From Lepidodermella squamata (taxonomy: Eukaryota; Animalia; Gastrotricha), in assembly GCA_047495785.1 (NCBI GenBank), contig JBLDXI010000003.1:620001-684000 (forward strand): a stretch of 64,000 bases of DNA, in the 5' to 3' direction. The notes beneath the pieces were generated by a model. It was not told the origin of the DNA. It saw only the letters and a list, made by a program, of their open reading frames with translations, and did not search any database. Position 1 is the first letter of the stretch; every line of letters begins with the position of its first letter. A program made the translations under genes and the position numbers. Below, in pieces: positions 13,173-25,570 of this stretch.

Positions 13173-13672
13173 TATAGTGTGATTCTATAAGGCCGAAAGC
13201 AGAAAGGAAAATCCCCGCGACACGGCAGTTCCTATCAAATACCAAAGTGCTAGATAGTCTGGTGCCTGAACAGGTCGATTACAGCTATTACACAAAAATG
13301 TGTACGCCTCTAAAAGACGCCGGTTGCCGAGGCAAAATCGAGAGCTGCTACTATGACGTTCGCATCAATCGAAATCCCAAAATCGCAAAGGGGCGAGGAC
13401 GATTTTCTCAACAGGCCTTCGTAATGCATTCTTCTGTAGCTCGCTTCACGAGTTAACTAAGTAAAACTAACGACTGTGAACTATTTGCTCTCCTGTTTAG
13501 ATTCTCTCTGCGGATTCTTCAGTTGTTTAGAACAGCGCATTCTTTTTGGCTGCATTACGGGCAATTGGTGCCGTTGCTTTCTTTGCGTTGTTGTTTGGAG
13601 GTGCTGGAGGCGTGCCATTCGTCGTTGGCTGGTGGCCACTTCGGTCATCGTAAGACTTAGGGACGAAGACGG

Positions 13673-14104
13673 GACGGGAAACGGTTTGTGCGAGCGTTTT
13701 AACCGCGCGTTAGGTGTCATGCTTTCCATCCATGCGAAGAAGAATCGCTCGAGTTGGGATCGCCATCTTGGTCTGGTTATGGGCGCGCATCGCAGTGCCG
13801 AGCACGAATCTACGCAGGTGTCTCTTTGCCAGGCTAACTTTGGCTAACGTCATCTCGCGTTTTCGCTTGCTCCCCCTTCGTCTGATGAATCTGTTATTGC
13901 TGATCCGACACCTGAGGCGGTCGAGAAGCGTACCGAGAAATTCTGGGTTTCTGCTACTACCCGCTGCCTACAAAAAACGTCGGAAGTAGCTGTTTGACCT
14001 GACAGCGCGTATTCGGTTGTTGAACGTTGGTGACAAGGTTCGTTTGGCAACGTTTGTGCGGCAGGGCTAGTTTTCGCCGCGTTATCGTGGACCTTTTGAT
14101 ATCG
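13673..14104 (+). mobile_element. Gypsy-type LTR retrotransposon integrase fragment, interrupted by a gag-like scrap
   Basis: GNGLCERFNRALGVML..WDRHLGLVMGAHRSAEHEST..FG, then VGDKVRL...PRYRGPF (GPY/F module). The insert at 13860-13990 is paralogous to 50755-50890. Confidence 0.8.
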
Positions 14105-15989
14105 CTGCCTAGTGGTAGTGATTCAACTGGCCTCTGGGAGTCCTCCTCAGTCGGTGTCAGTCACCGAAATTTGACCGCGGTTCGATGTTCAGGAAAAACC
14201 AGGTCGTTACACTGAACCTTGGAATTGTTCATCATCCACTCTGGACGAAATCCTGGAAAAGCATTGGGCTCGATGGCGAAATGAAGCAAGGCCTAAACCA
14301 AAAAAATTTGGTTTTACAGTAATGCGGAAATCGACGCACACTGAGTTCGCTGAGATTGAGTTGCATGACTACGACAGCGGCGATTTCCGTAGACACGTCG
14401 AGAAACATTGCATCAAGACGTACGAGTTGGACAAGAGCACGGAGGAGCTGAAAAAAGCTGTCGATGATTATTATGCAAATTTGAAGGTATTTCTTCAGTT
14501 GGAGCTGCTTTCATTTTATATTTCGTTTGCTTTTATTTATGTGAAGACTTCTGGTCGATCTGATACGGATCTGATACTGAGTCGATCATGAGTGATACGT
14601 CGACAATTTCGGTGTCAGTAGTCTCGGTTGTTTCCGTGTCGTCGGCAACGACCTCGACAACGTCCGTCGCCTCTTCCATTACCATCAACTTTCTGGCTCG
14701 GTTAATCCGGAGATACTCAAGTTTTTCAGATTCATTTCGATTTATTTCGCCCACTAAGCGGTAGCAAAGAAGGCTAAGCATTCTGTCTTGGAAAGGTTGA
14801 TATCTTCCGCCACTGCGATTGAGACAGACTGGTTGTTGCTAAACGCGGTCTAAGCTTTGCTAATCGTAAATTGCATTTAACAAAAACGAGCACCTCCGAC
14901 TCAGAACATTCCGAAAACAGGTAGACGGCAAAGCGTCCGAGGAGGGCACTCATCGTCGATTGCTAGAATAGTTGTCCCGCTTTACTTCCCAAATGAAGCA
15001 TGCTAGACCACTTGATTGCTGATTATCAAATCATCTGCCATTTTCGAAAGTTAGTTAATTTCTTCTTAATGAGCTTTAATAGTGAAACAGAGTGAAACAG
15101 ACCGTTTTCCAATAATTTCATGGCTGATTCATCAAATTTACGTTATTTAGGCGAGTAGCACGGAATTTCGAGCGGCATTTCTCATCGGCTGGCCATGAAG
15201 TTTCTGATGATCGCAGCAGCTTAGCGGCCGATTCCGCTGGAGCCTGCGTCGTTCTCAGGGAGGCGTTTGTGAACAAACTGTGGCCAGCGCCACTCGCTAC
15301 AGAGGTGATAACTGGCTAATTATGAAATTGACCGATTTTGATTGATGAAGAGTTTCATGAGAAGAGGACATTGTGACCGATAAAGATGCCATTGCTTGAT
15401 TAATGTTGTTTCTTTTCATTGGGATTTAAACCGGTAAAACAACGGTAAACCGGCGTCGATTCACCGGTTTCCTACCGGCTTGGGTTGCTGGTGGGTGACC
15501 AAGGCTTGGTTTTGGGTCGCGATTTTCCGACCTTTTTCCACCTCTGAGGTTATGGACACACCGGTGCTGGATAGTTCTGGAGCAAAATTCAATTCTCAAG
15601 TTTCTAAAGAAGGCCAAAATGGAATCAAGGACTCTCAGGGTTCAAGAAGTGGACTCGACTAAATTGAATTACTCGACCTGCTCATACGTGTAGAAACCAG
15701 AGAACGATGTGCAGAGACCTCGATGAAGCATGGTGTAATTGAGACTAAAACCGTGCGATGCGTTACCGAGCCTCATCGAATGTTTCGAGGATGCTGAGTG
15801 GGTGTTTTGTTCTAGAGCCCTGCACAGAGCCCGAAATTCGAGTCGAGTACGTAAGAATTTTTGGCTACCGTGTCGAGACGAGTCAGCCTTATGGCGATAC
15901 TTGGCCGTACTCGGCCGTCTCGAATCACGTGTTTTTTCTTGTGAGACGCTATTAAGCTTTGCAAAGAAGTGGTAGCACACGTTAAACAC

Positions 15990-16262
15990 ACTGACACGCA
16001 ACACCAGCTGAAAACAACTTTCAAGCAGGAAGTACCAATTAGGTGGTGGTCTCTTATAGCGCTTTTGCGGTCGATTGCGGCGAATAAAGAGGAATTACAG
16101 GAATGAGCGAGCGAGTATGTGGAAGATTTGGATTTCGACTCCATTACCAGCGTAATCCCGATTCTGGAGGTGCTTGAACGAGCGGGCACACTCCTGTCAT
16201 CTGTTAAGTGGACCACAATACCCCTCGTTGCAGCGCAAATTGAAATCATCAAGGAGTTGCTC
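15990..16262 (+). mobile_element. hAT transposase fragment
   Basis: LKTTFKQEVPIRWWSLIALLRSI...LEVLERAGTLLSSVKWTTIP resembles the hAT LKQ.V.TRWNS...E.AT..LS....T motif; internal stop. Confidence 0.7.
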
Positions 16263-18170
16263 TCGCCTGTACTTATCTGTTTACTTTTCAGATCGAAGAC
16301 ACAACGGTGCTGAAATGATGTTATCTAATTGAACCGCTCGCTAGCTATTTGCAGCTCTGTTGTTAATTGGTTGAACATGCCAAGCGGACGGACGTGAACA
16401 AAATACTTGAAGATGATCCGGTGCCCGGTGCTGCAACATCGCTTCAAAGTGTGAAAACATGGCTCTACAACAAAACATGCTTGATCCCCTTTCCTATTCT
16501 CGGAAGGCGGCGTGATTACTGCACTGCCGAAAGTGCCCCGTTTGTGCCAAGTATAAAGCATTGAACGTACCTTTAGTATCCATCCGCCCGGTGGATGAGC
16601 CTTTCGCCCTCGTCGATGGATATGGTCAGCACCGTCGAAACGCTTTCAGACAGCTTTTGCCCCACCGGTTGCTGAAAGCACTCTAAAATTGCATTTCATG
16701 TCGACCGTTTAGAGCTGCATACGGATCCCTATGATATCAGGTGCTATCTAAAACGAGAAAAATTTAAATTGAGTAAATCATCAGAAATGAAAAAGGAATC
16801 AATTTTGGATTTTTAAATAGCAAAATGAGTCCTCGGCAAAGCTACTCATTTTTCGCCTCCCGAGACATTCGCCCGTTGTGGACACGCCTCAGCAAACCTC
16901 AGTACCGCCTGCTGCACTGGTAAAACAGGAGTGAACTCAAACCTGAACAAGATGACTCTGATGACTCTGACATGAACACTATTTTGATACTTATATTTGA
17001 GATGATATTGCTCATACTTGCTCATACAAATATGAAATATGTACTTTCTCAAAACCAGCTCATATTTTGCTTCTACCAATTTCATCTTCCTTCGTCCTTA
17101 GATTTCGTCTGGTTATTCCGACGACGACGAATTAAATTCGACGCCGCGCGCCACTTCTTCCGGCGAAGCCACACCGCGCGGAACGCTGAACATTGGCGGC
17201 ATTACTCGTTACGCCATCGGCGAGGCGGAAATGTCAGATAATTTCAAACTGAAGCAAGGAAGTGTTAAGAATTTTTGCGCCTCCGCTCTTCAAGACTACG
17301 CGAAATCCAAGATTTTGGCAATCGTTAACATGAACTCCGAATAATTCAAAAGTTTAAGGGTGCTCCGACAGAAATCGTACAGGAGACAGAATTCACGATC
17401 ATTTGTCGGTAAGATACAATTTCTAATTATTTTATGATCAGGCAGAACGTTTGCAATTTAGCCTTGACCGTTCGAACGAAAGCTCAACCATCGCCATCAT
17501 TGTCTTGAAGGATTCAACGAGTGCTAGCATCATGTACTTTTGGCAGGAAATGACACCTGGGTCACTTATCAACCTGGCCCATCCGATCCCAAACGGCTTT
17601 TGAAAGAATACCAGGTCCTTCCGCGTTGACATGCTTGTCCCGAAGGTGGGTGGCCCGATGAAACGCAACGCTTTCCTGATTGACGGAGTCATTCCTTTGG
17701 ACGCCTGGCAAGGATTCCACCTTCACGTGGAGAAGTTAAACGTCGTTCGTGTGATGTATGCAGCCGAATCCTGTAGCAAACCCGCCTTCGACGGTCGCTG
17801 GGGAATTTCGTGTCACTGCTACCAGAAACGGCCCCCGGAGGTGATCAAGAATCTTATTGCTATCGACTTTTCGTCGAAGGAATTCGGAGGGCTGGCGACC
17901 GAGACGTTCGCCTCAAAGTCGTTGGCCCTGCAACTGCTACCTGCTGCTGTTGTTCACGATTACGAAGAAAAAAATGTCGAAAAAAATCGGCGCCCACTGC
18001 AAGGAGCCACGCAGCCATCGAGGAGGACGTATCGGCTTCGTCCTATTGTTTACAAAATATCTGCTGAAGTGTCGTCTATTTCGTCACCTAGAGATGCTTA
18101 TCAGCTCTGCCTACTTCGTTTCCTATTTCGGTAGCTGATGTGAGAAAATTTTCAGCGGTAACAATAAAAA

Positions 18171-18758
18171 ATGTTCAAGTATGAGATGTTCAGCCCGATT
18201 ATCAACCATTTTCACGGGGAGAGGGGGTTAATCATCCCCTCCAATGACGTGAAGGGGACTACAAGGGTGGTTCGATTCCCACGCGAGGCAGTCAGGCAAG
18301 ACACTACATCAATCAGCAGCTTACCCCCGGCGCCAGTGGATGATCAAGATGCAGGCACCAGCGATTCAGTGAACGACCTGCTACAAAGCTATACCGCTGC
18401 CTCGGGATCCCTTCAGGTTGGCAATCCGTCGGTAGTCACCGGTGGTTGGAAGATCATCATTGGGAAATCGAATGCAGCCACCACCAGCAGGGCGACCACG
18501 CCACCCGCAGAACCTGCTGCTGCACGCAAGTCAACCGAACGCAAGTCCTCCACAAAAAAGGCGCCACGCTCTTCTGCGCCCAGCTCATCTGCACCCGGCT
18601 CCTCCGCTGGTTCTGGCCCAAAAAGAAAGCCCGGCCGCCCAAAGGGTGCGAAAGATACAGTGAAAAGGAAACCGCGCACTAAAACTGCAAAGAAAGTAAG
18701 CAAAGACGATGATGAGGGTGTTGGTGATGATGATATTATAGGAGATACTGATAATTGA
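18171..18758 (+). other. Low-complexity ORF with an AT-hook (RKPGRPK) and acidic tail; probable transposon-protein C-terminus
   Basis: 195-aa ORF; paralogous segment at 27550-27976. Confidence 0.45.
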
Positions 18759-20354
18759 TGCTTTGAATAATTTTTAATTTAATTTAATTTTTAAGCTCAG
18801 CTGAAATCAGGTACTTGGGCATGTATGTATTTTTGATACTTGATTTACCCCATGCTTCAATATCAGTGTGCCATACTATTTCAAACCAAATCTATATTAA
18901 TATGTCGCTACACCAAAAGAGCAATTTCTTTCAATCACTAGTACGTATTGTTCAGGCTCTTAATTGCCAGATATCATCTACCTGCGAGCTTCCCCGAACA
19001 CTATGATATAAGTCGTTGATCGTAGTCGTTATCCATTAAATCTACCTCGGTGATCATTATTATTATTAATTTTGTCAGTGCTTTCTACATATGCATGATT
19101 GCTCAATTGAACACTTTCTTTCTTTTTTCTACATATTCTCGGGAGTTTTGCTATATCTTTCATAACTGATTTACATGTTAAGGGGTGCTCGAATTCGAAG
19201 CTTTCCTACATATCTATGTGTCCCTAGTTTGCTCTATTGAGCCATTATTGAGCCACTGGTAATAAATGATTGCATATTCATCTGATTCTTCACGATTTTG
19301 GAAAACGAGCGACTGGCTGATTCAGTTGAAAGCTCATATTAACTATCCTTGCGTTTTTACAGCCAATTTGTCAACCTGTCCGGTTCCATCAGGTAACACA
19401 AATATTATTTTTCATGATAGATAATTTATTCTTATTTCAGAGAAAGGTGAGTTATCACGCGTCACAGGTGGTGGTGAATAATTCAAGTGTTCCATAACAT
19501 AACAGCAACTTTCCTATCATTAATTCTTACCTAACAATAACCCAGTACAAACATATTAAACTCAACTAACTTCGCTTTTTCACATTTCCTCTAGCACTCA
19601 ATACTCAACCAACCCGGCGCGTCTGAATGAGTCACACACAGAGACTTATCTGCGAGTTGCGAGAATTGGGCAAGCAACTTCTGCTATAAGGTATAAGCTC
19701 CTGCTACTGATAAGTTGCGATGGCCTCTTTGGAAATTTGAATTATTTGAATTCAGTAGAGCATCGGAAATTTCCGTTAAGGACACCTTGAATCTGATTTT
19801 TAGCTCAGTTAACTTGTTCCCTCGATTTAGACCGGAATTTGCTGTACGCTTGTACGTATAAGCTAGGCAAATTCAGATTCAGTGCGCGAATGTGATAACG
19901 AAGCAAAAAGAAACATCCGTAAAATTTACAACAGTTTTGTACATTTATCGCCGGTCCAGATGAAATTACAAACCTGAATCACATCATTGATATTATCGAG
20001 CGACGAAGACAAATCGAAGTCGCCGAGCTTGATTCGCTGAAGGTTGGCGCGGTCGTCGTAACGCGAACGCGTCCGGCTCAGGCATTTCCATTCGGCCGAC
20101 TAGAGCTACGTTATACGCTTCTCCCGATAACACAGCGTCTTATCTAAAATGAGGAAATGTACAGAAAATAACTGGAAATGAAGCGGGAATATATTTGAAT
20201 CCTCGAATATTGGCAAATCAATCCCCTTAATGAAATTGTTTCAAAATGGAATCCACTGTCACCGGGCATATCGGCTTTCGTCTTTGGAATTCGAAATTAC
20301 GAGGCGGCCAATGTATTTTCTGCAGGCGAGACCTGCATTTGGCTCGACTCGGGG

Positions 20355-20452
20355 TGACCACGGTCGAGGGGAATGGGAAAAGGGAAGCTGGCATAGCCAC
20401 TACCGGTCACGATAAGCAACGCATCACGGTCATGTTGACGACCGCGGCCGAT
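20355..20452 (+). mobile_element. pogo-family DDE transposase fragment (paralog at about 47890-47980)
   Basis: TTVEGNGKREAGIATTGHDKQRITVMLTTAAD matches the pogo DDE_1 TTG.EK.R.TV.L...ADG motif. Confidence 0.8.
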
Positions 20453-20604
20453 AGAAGTTGTTTTGTTTCGATACCGCGCATGAAGGAAATCATAGCTCTC
20501 CGCCGAATTTTCAGCAAACACATTTTAAGAAGGTTAATTTTATAAATTTTTACAAAAATTAATGTATTAAAATTAAAATGCCGCGTGCGGGCTATATTTC
20601 AACT

Positions 20605-20840
20605 TCGAGACTTGAAGCTATAACTTGCGATATCGAAACTGACGTTCTCCCGGTTCTGCGAAGGTTGTTTCCTGGCGTGGAAATTAAGGGCTGTCTTCTT
20701 CATTACTGCCAATCCCAATCCATACTTAGTTGGCTGAAGGCGAATGGCTCCCAGGTCGAATACGGCGGAAAAGGTGGTTTGCTGAAATTGATTCGCAGGT
20801 TTATGGCATTGGCGCTGCTTCCACTTCGTCATGTTATACC
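20605..20840 (+). mobile_element. MULE/Mutator transposase fragment
   Basis: ITCDIETDVLPVLRRLFPGVEIKGCLLHYCQS...RRFMALALLP matches D.E...FP......C.FH..Q...ALA.LP. Confidence 0.85.
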
Positions 20841-20968
20841 AACAGCCCCGAAGCTCCGACGTTACAATGCGTTAACCAGTGGGTAATTCTAATCCACGTC
20901 AGTACTTCAACTCGTTCATTTTCTCTAATATTTTCCTTTTCCTAGCTAACTTAATTTGAAAGAAACAA

Positions 20969-21430
20969 TGTCCCAAGAGGCAATCATCAATGCTGATGTC
21001 CCCATGTCCCATGAGGAGCATGGGGAGGGCGCTCAAGAGCCATCAGCTCAGCAGCATAACTTGTTGTGGCCTCACCTTCACCGCAATCCCGTCGGCCAAA
21101 GCCACGGTCAAGCCCAGCCGCGGGACCACAGTCAGGCGCAAGGCCAAGCGATCTTGGAATTGCAGGCGCGATTGAAGCAGCTGCGCACCGATGAGCTCCA
21201 GCTGCAACTGCTTCAGCAGCAGCAGCCGCCCCAGCAAAACACTGCCGCGGGCAACGTGGAGACCACGCTTGCCAGTATCAGCGAAGCGTTGAAGTACCTG
21301 GTCCAGGGTCAAGCGGCAGCCCATCAGGCACCGCCCCCACCAGCGCCGAACATCGCAGTCGCCCTTGGAGCTGCAATTCAAGGTAACGACGTTTATTTGG
21401 CAGGGAATCCTTTCCCACCATTTGATCGCC
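20969..21430 (+). mobile_element. Gln/Pro-rich gag-like N-terminal fragment
   Basis: Start MSQEAIINADVPMSHEEHG is shared with 26774 (MSNNENTNVDIPMFDEEHG), which leads into a gag motif. Confidence 0.45.
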
Positions 21431-21639
21431 GTTTTAAGACTAACGTCCAGTTACTACAAGTAGCAGACAAAAGCATTGAGGATTATTTAATCCTACGCAG
21501 CAACACAATGATCACAGTAACGGTTACTGTTATGAAAGTCAAATTCGCGTAAGATATCGACTCGGCGCTCACGCAAGCCGATTGCCTGCCCAGGTCTTCC
21601 CAACCACTTGCTCATGCCCTCTGATGAGAAGGTTGGCGA

Positions 21640-21765
21640 TCGATATCGCAGGTTCAAATGTGGCATATGTTACAAGCACACATTCTTTTATTGCTCCGCA
21701 TGTCCTTCCCGAGCCGGTCTATGCCACCCAAGAAAGAGGAATTGTGCTGTAAGATATCATCGCAA
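21640..21765 (+). mobile_element. piggyBac-like C-terminal cysteine-rich domain fragment
   Basis: RRFKCGICYKHTFFYCSACPSRAGLCHPRKRNCAVRYH (C..C....T...C..C.....LC......C...YH). Confidence 0.7.
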
Positions 21766-21964
21766 GAATCTAGTTGTGAGCTTGAATATGTCAATAATAT
21801 TTCATACGCTAAATTAAGATGACTTGTGAAATTGTTTTTCTGTGGGAAGTTGTTCAAGAATAGAAAGAGTATAACCGGGCCAAGAGTTGAAAGAGCTGTA
21901 ATGTCCATGTAATGCTGCTGGGGGGTTAAAGTGTTTGATAGTTTTTGAGACTGAATAAAGTAAA

Positions 21965-22300
21965 ATGGAGACGGTGCTAAAATTCAAATTTCTGGGCTGC
22001 CGGCTACTTTACAAAACGGCAGTGAAGGAGGCGCGAATCAGGCTCAAACGCATGGTTGGGGCGATACCGACACTCTTTGCCGACATTGGCTCCTTTCCAG
22101 TGCAGGCAGTCAAGAAGCTGTTTAACGCCTGCGTCCTTGGAGCGTACACCCAAGGCGCGGAGCTGAGGGGCCTGTTCGCTGGCAAACTGGACCTGGCTGA
22201 GCATATGCGCTTTATTAAGAGGTGCTACCACCTTCCCAGAGCCATCAGCCATGACCTGCTTGAGAAGGAGATACACACGAAACAGCGGATTTGCGGTTCT
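21965..22300 (+). mobile_element. Non-LTR (LINE) ORF2 post-RT fragment
   Basis: FKFLGC...KKLFNACVLGAYTQGAELRG...HMRFIKRCYHLP (F.YLG / LF.A.V.....YG.E.WG pattern). Confidence 0.65.
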
Positions 22301-24759
22301 ATTTGCGGATGCAGGAAGCTCAGCCCTGCTCGCTGCTAGCAATGCTTCCCTTCGACGGGCAATGCGCCCAGCAACCTACTCAAACGAGCCGAATCTATCA
22401 TTTCGGATCTAGATCTAGAATTTATATGTGGAAGCTCGCTACCTGAATTCAGCGCGAGCTAGTCCAGCGGCAGCTATTGGTGAAGCGGTGGGAGCTAGTC
22501 GACTGTAGGCTAAAAAGCGAGTATGCCAACCACGAATTCTTCGCGAAGCCGTGCGTGCAAGACGCGGCATATGGGTACTCGCTCGCACTATTCCCTTTTA
22601 CATTTCCACTATGCGAATGATAAACGATGGTAATTACTCGATTGTTAGTAATTACCAGCACAGTTACCAGCTCGTCCTGTATGAATGCTCCATTAATGCG
22701 TGCGAGTCAAGAATGAAAAAAGTCAAGATTGAAGCTACCGAGTGAAAAAGTGCTCAATGATAGCAAAAATCTATTGCGCCGCCAAAATAGCACTGCATTC
22801 GCAACAAGCTCACAGCCTCACAGTCGCCCTTGCTACATTGATGTCTCAGTATGCCATGAAATGATGCACCGCACGTGAATATAGACCGCAAACATCTCTA
22901 AATGATATTATTGTGAAAATCGCGGTCTAATAAGCGTTTTTCAGATGCGGTCAATGCTACACACTGCATTCAACAAGGCCGAAAATTTCACGCTTATTTG
23001 GAACAATAAAAATTTCAATAGGTTCAATAAGTAATTTGCACATGGTGGTCCAAATGAAATTAAAAAATTCACTAACCTGAATCACATGACTGACATAATC
23101 GGAGAGGGACAACACCGAATTCGTTGTCTCAGGCTTCGTTACGCGAGCGCATCCGACTCAGGCAATTCTATTCGGCCGATTGGAGCTGGATGAATTCCCG
23201 ATATCATAGTGATATGGCGTCTCATCTAAAATGAGAAAATGAGAGTAAATAAGCGGAAAAAGCGGGAATTATTTTGAATCTCGAATAGCAGCAAAATTAA
23301 TCGCCTTATGACTTTTTTCAAAATAAAATACGCTCTAATCATGAAATCCATTGTCACAGGACATGCCGGGTTTAATTTTTCGGAAGCTACGGTAGTTAAC
23401 ATAAGTGAGGTTTGATCGACAAATGCGGTTTCTCAGCTGTTCAATTTGTTTGCCATTTCACTGCGAGAATGAAAATGAAGCGGCGTTCAAAATTCTGCGA
23501 AAATATGCTCGTCAAATAATAATTGCTTCCTCTACATTTACCTTTGTTAAACGTTTTCAAATGAGAACAAGGTTCCCTCTCCAGCTGATCTGGGCTGTTG
23601 AATGTGTGGAAAGTTCATCGGTCAGGACAAGGCCGAAGATCGTTGTTATCCCCTGATGGCGGCGATGGCGATGCCACCGATTGCGACGATTACAACCTCA
23701 CTAATGCGAACGACTGGTCGCAAGTCGCGGTGGCTGTTGCCTGTTGCCCGTATTTTTTTCGCTGAAGACCTCGGAAATAATTTCCTATTTCAATTACAAT
23801 GCGCGGACGACCGTCCACCGTTCCCGAAATAGTACCGATCCACAAACATGTTTCGTTGAAATAGGCTGAACATTCCGCTGATGCTTATCGAAGGCGCTGA
23901 GGCTACTCTCTAACCGCCGGAGACGAGATGGCATCATGCGTCAGACGAATGCGAACGATAAACTTGGAACCACCTTTAATCTCTCGCAAAACCGGAGCTG
24001 GATAAATAAGTGAACACGAACTACTCCGATCTGGATAAGGTAGATGCCGAATATGATTTCTTCAGCGAATCAAACGAACTATTAGCCTTAGAGGTCGATG
24101 ACGACGTCTTTGACATTTCATTTCATTGATTCAAATCAATAACTCAAATCTGAAATGGTCTGGCCATTGAAATTTCGCGTCGCAATGTTTATACATACTT
24201 GTTACCTCTCTGTTCTAGAAAACTGCCTGATCCTTTTAGTTAGCTATCCATCTCATCATCTTAATTGCTGTCATCCTTTACGTCAGACATGGTACAACAG
24301 TGATACGGTCACATCTGCATCAGATACGGTCAAATTCTTTGTCTAATCGGCACCTGGAGGCAATCTTACTGGCCCGCCTCAGATCTCGGCACCGGCATCT
24401 GTAGGCGATCAGAACCAGGCACCTGAATCTGAAGACAACATCAATGTCGTTCTGACAACATTCTCAACGACGTTGAGAATGTTATTCCGCTAATAGCTGC
24501 TCCTCCCCAGGTTAGTCCAAAAATTATTCAACTACGACGTCGACGACATTGCTAATTATTTCATATTTTGCAGGCAGTTCCCGACCTGATTGCCGGCGCT
24601 GTTGATCTACCACTGGATATCGACCAGGACATGGAATTAATATTACACATGGATTAATCTTGTTAAGTCTTTTGTTCGCTCGTGCTCTTTCACTGAAGCT
24701 ATACTGTTTTCACTTTCAAGTTGTACCATAATTTTGTCGATGCTAAATTTTCAGATCTA

Positions 24760-24875
24760 CAGGGTGTTCGCGTAATAATACTTTTCTAAAAATAGCTTTG
24801 CTACTTTTTGCATTCATTTGAGCTTTTTTGTAGCTATTTTTAGCTCACCCAGAGTATTATTACGCGAACGCCCTG
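24760..24875. mobile_element. Tc1/mariner-type MITE with TA target-site duplication
   Basis: ta|cagggtgttcgcgtaataatac ... gtattattacgcgaacgccctg|ta. Confidence 0.85.
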
Positions 24876-25519
24876 TATTTACACCATCTGATAATAACTA
24901 TGCTCCTTTTCATCGTATTCGCCCATCTAAAAGTCGTTTAGATTGCCGATTGAAAGCCTGCGAGAAAGTGTCTCAACATCACAGAAATTTCTGGAAGCGC
25001 CTTCAGCCCTCGTCCCGCTTTCCCTGGCCGTCACGACCAAGTGTCAAGTTCCTCAAGTTCGGCGAATTCGAAGTCAAAACAACGGCGATCAGACCGTCGC
25101 CTGTTCATCGCTTAAAACAAACCAGATGTCTTCGCGATTGAAAAAAATCTCTTTTAATAGAAGACTTGTACATTTCTGGAATAAACTGAATCATAGGGCG
25201 TGTCAGTGCCGTGCCGACAAGCTCAAGATGGTCTGGCACTCGGTTCGCTTGGCGTGAATTTGATTATCGTTACGCAAAGTGATTTACCGTTCTCCGCAAC
25301 AAGTCACGCGTTATATTCGGATATTAAAGAGAACTAGATTCGAAACAAACTCAAAGTTCACGCTGGCGGAATTCGAATCCAAAATGAAGGCTGCAAGCTA
25401 TGGACCTGGTAAAGGATTCAGCCGGATTCAACGAACATTTTGTTTATGCCATCAAACACGAAGTGGCTGATTTAGAGGTGGAAGGCAACGACGAAGACAA
25501 AGAACTTGATGGCGAGCCT

Positions 25520-25570
25520 GCCTATCTGGGTGGTCCCTTTGGTTGGATATTAGCCGGCGATATTTTTAAG
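25520..25570 (+). mobile_element. BEL/Pao-like pol scrap
   Basis: PAYLGGPFGWILAGDI resembles the BEL T.FGWI..G motif; short match only. Confidence 0.4.

Noticed and set aside
13480-13665. Possible - strand gag-like scrap (NCP*CSQKECAVLNN), similar in style to 56200-56400
   Set aside because: Motif too weak to call; noted as a possible exception to the strand bias.
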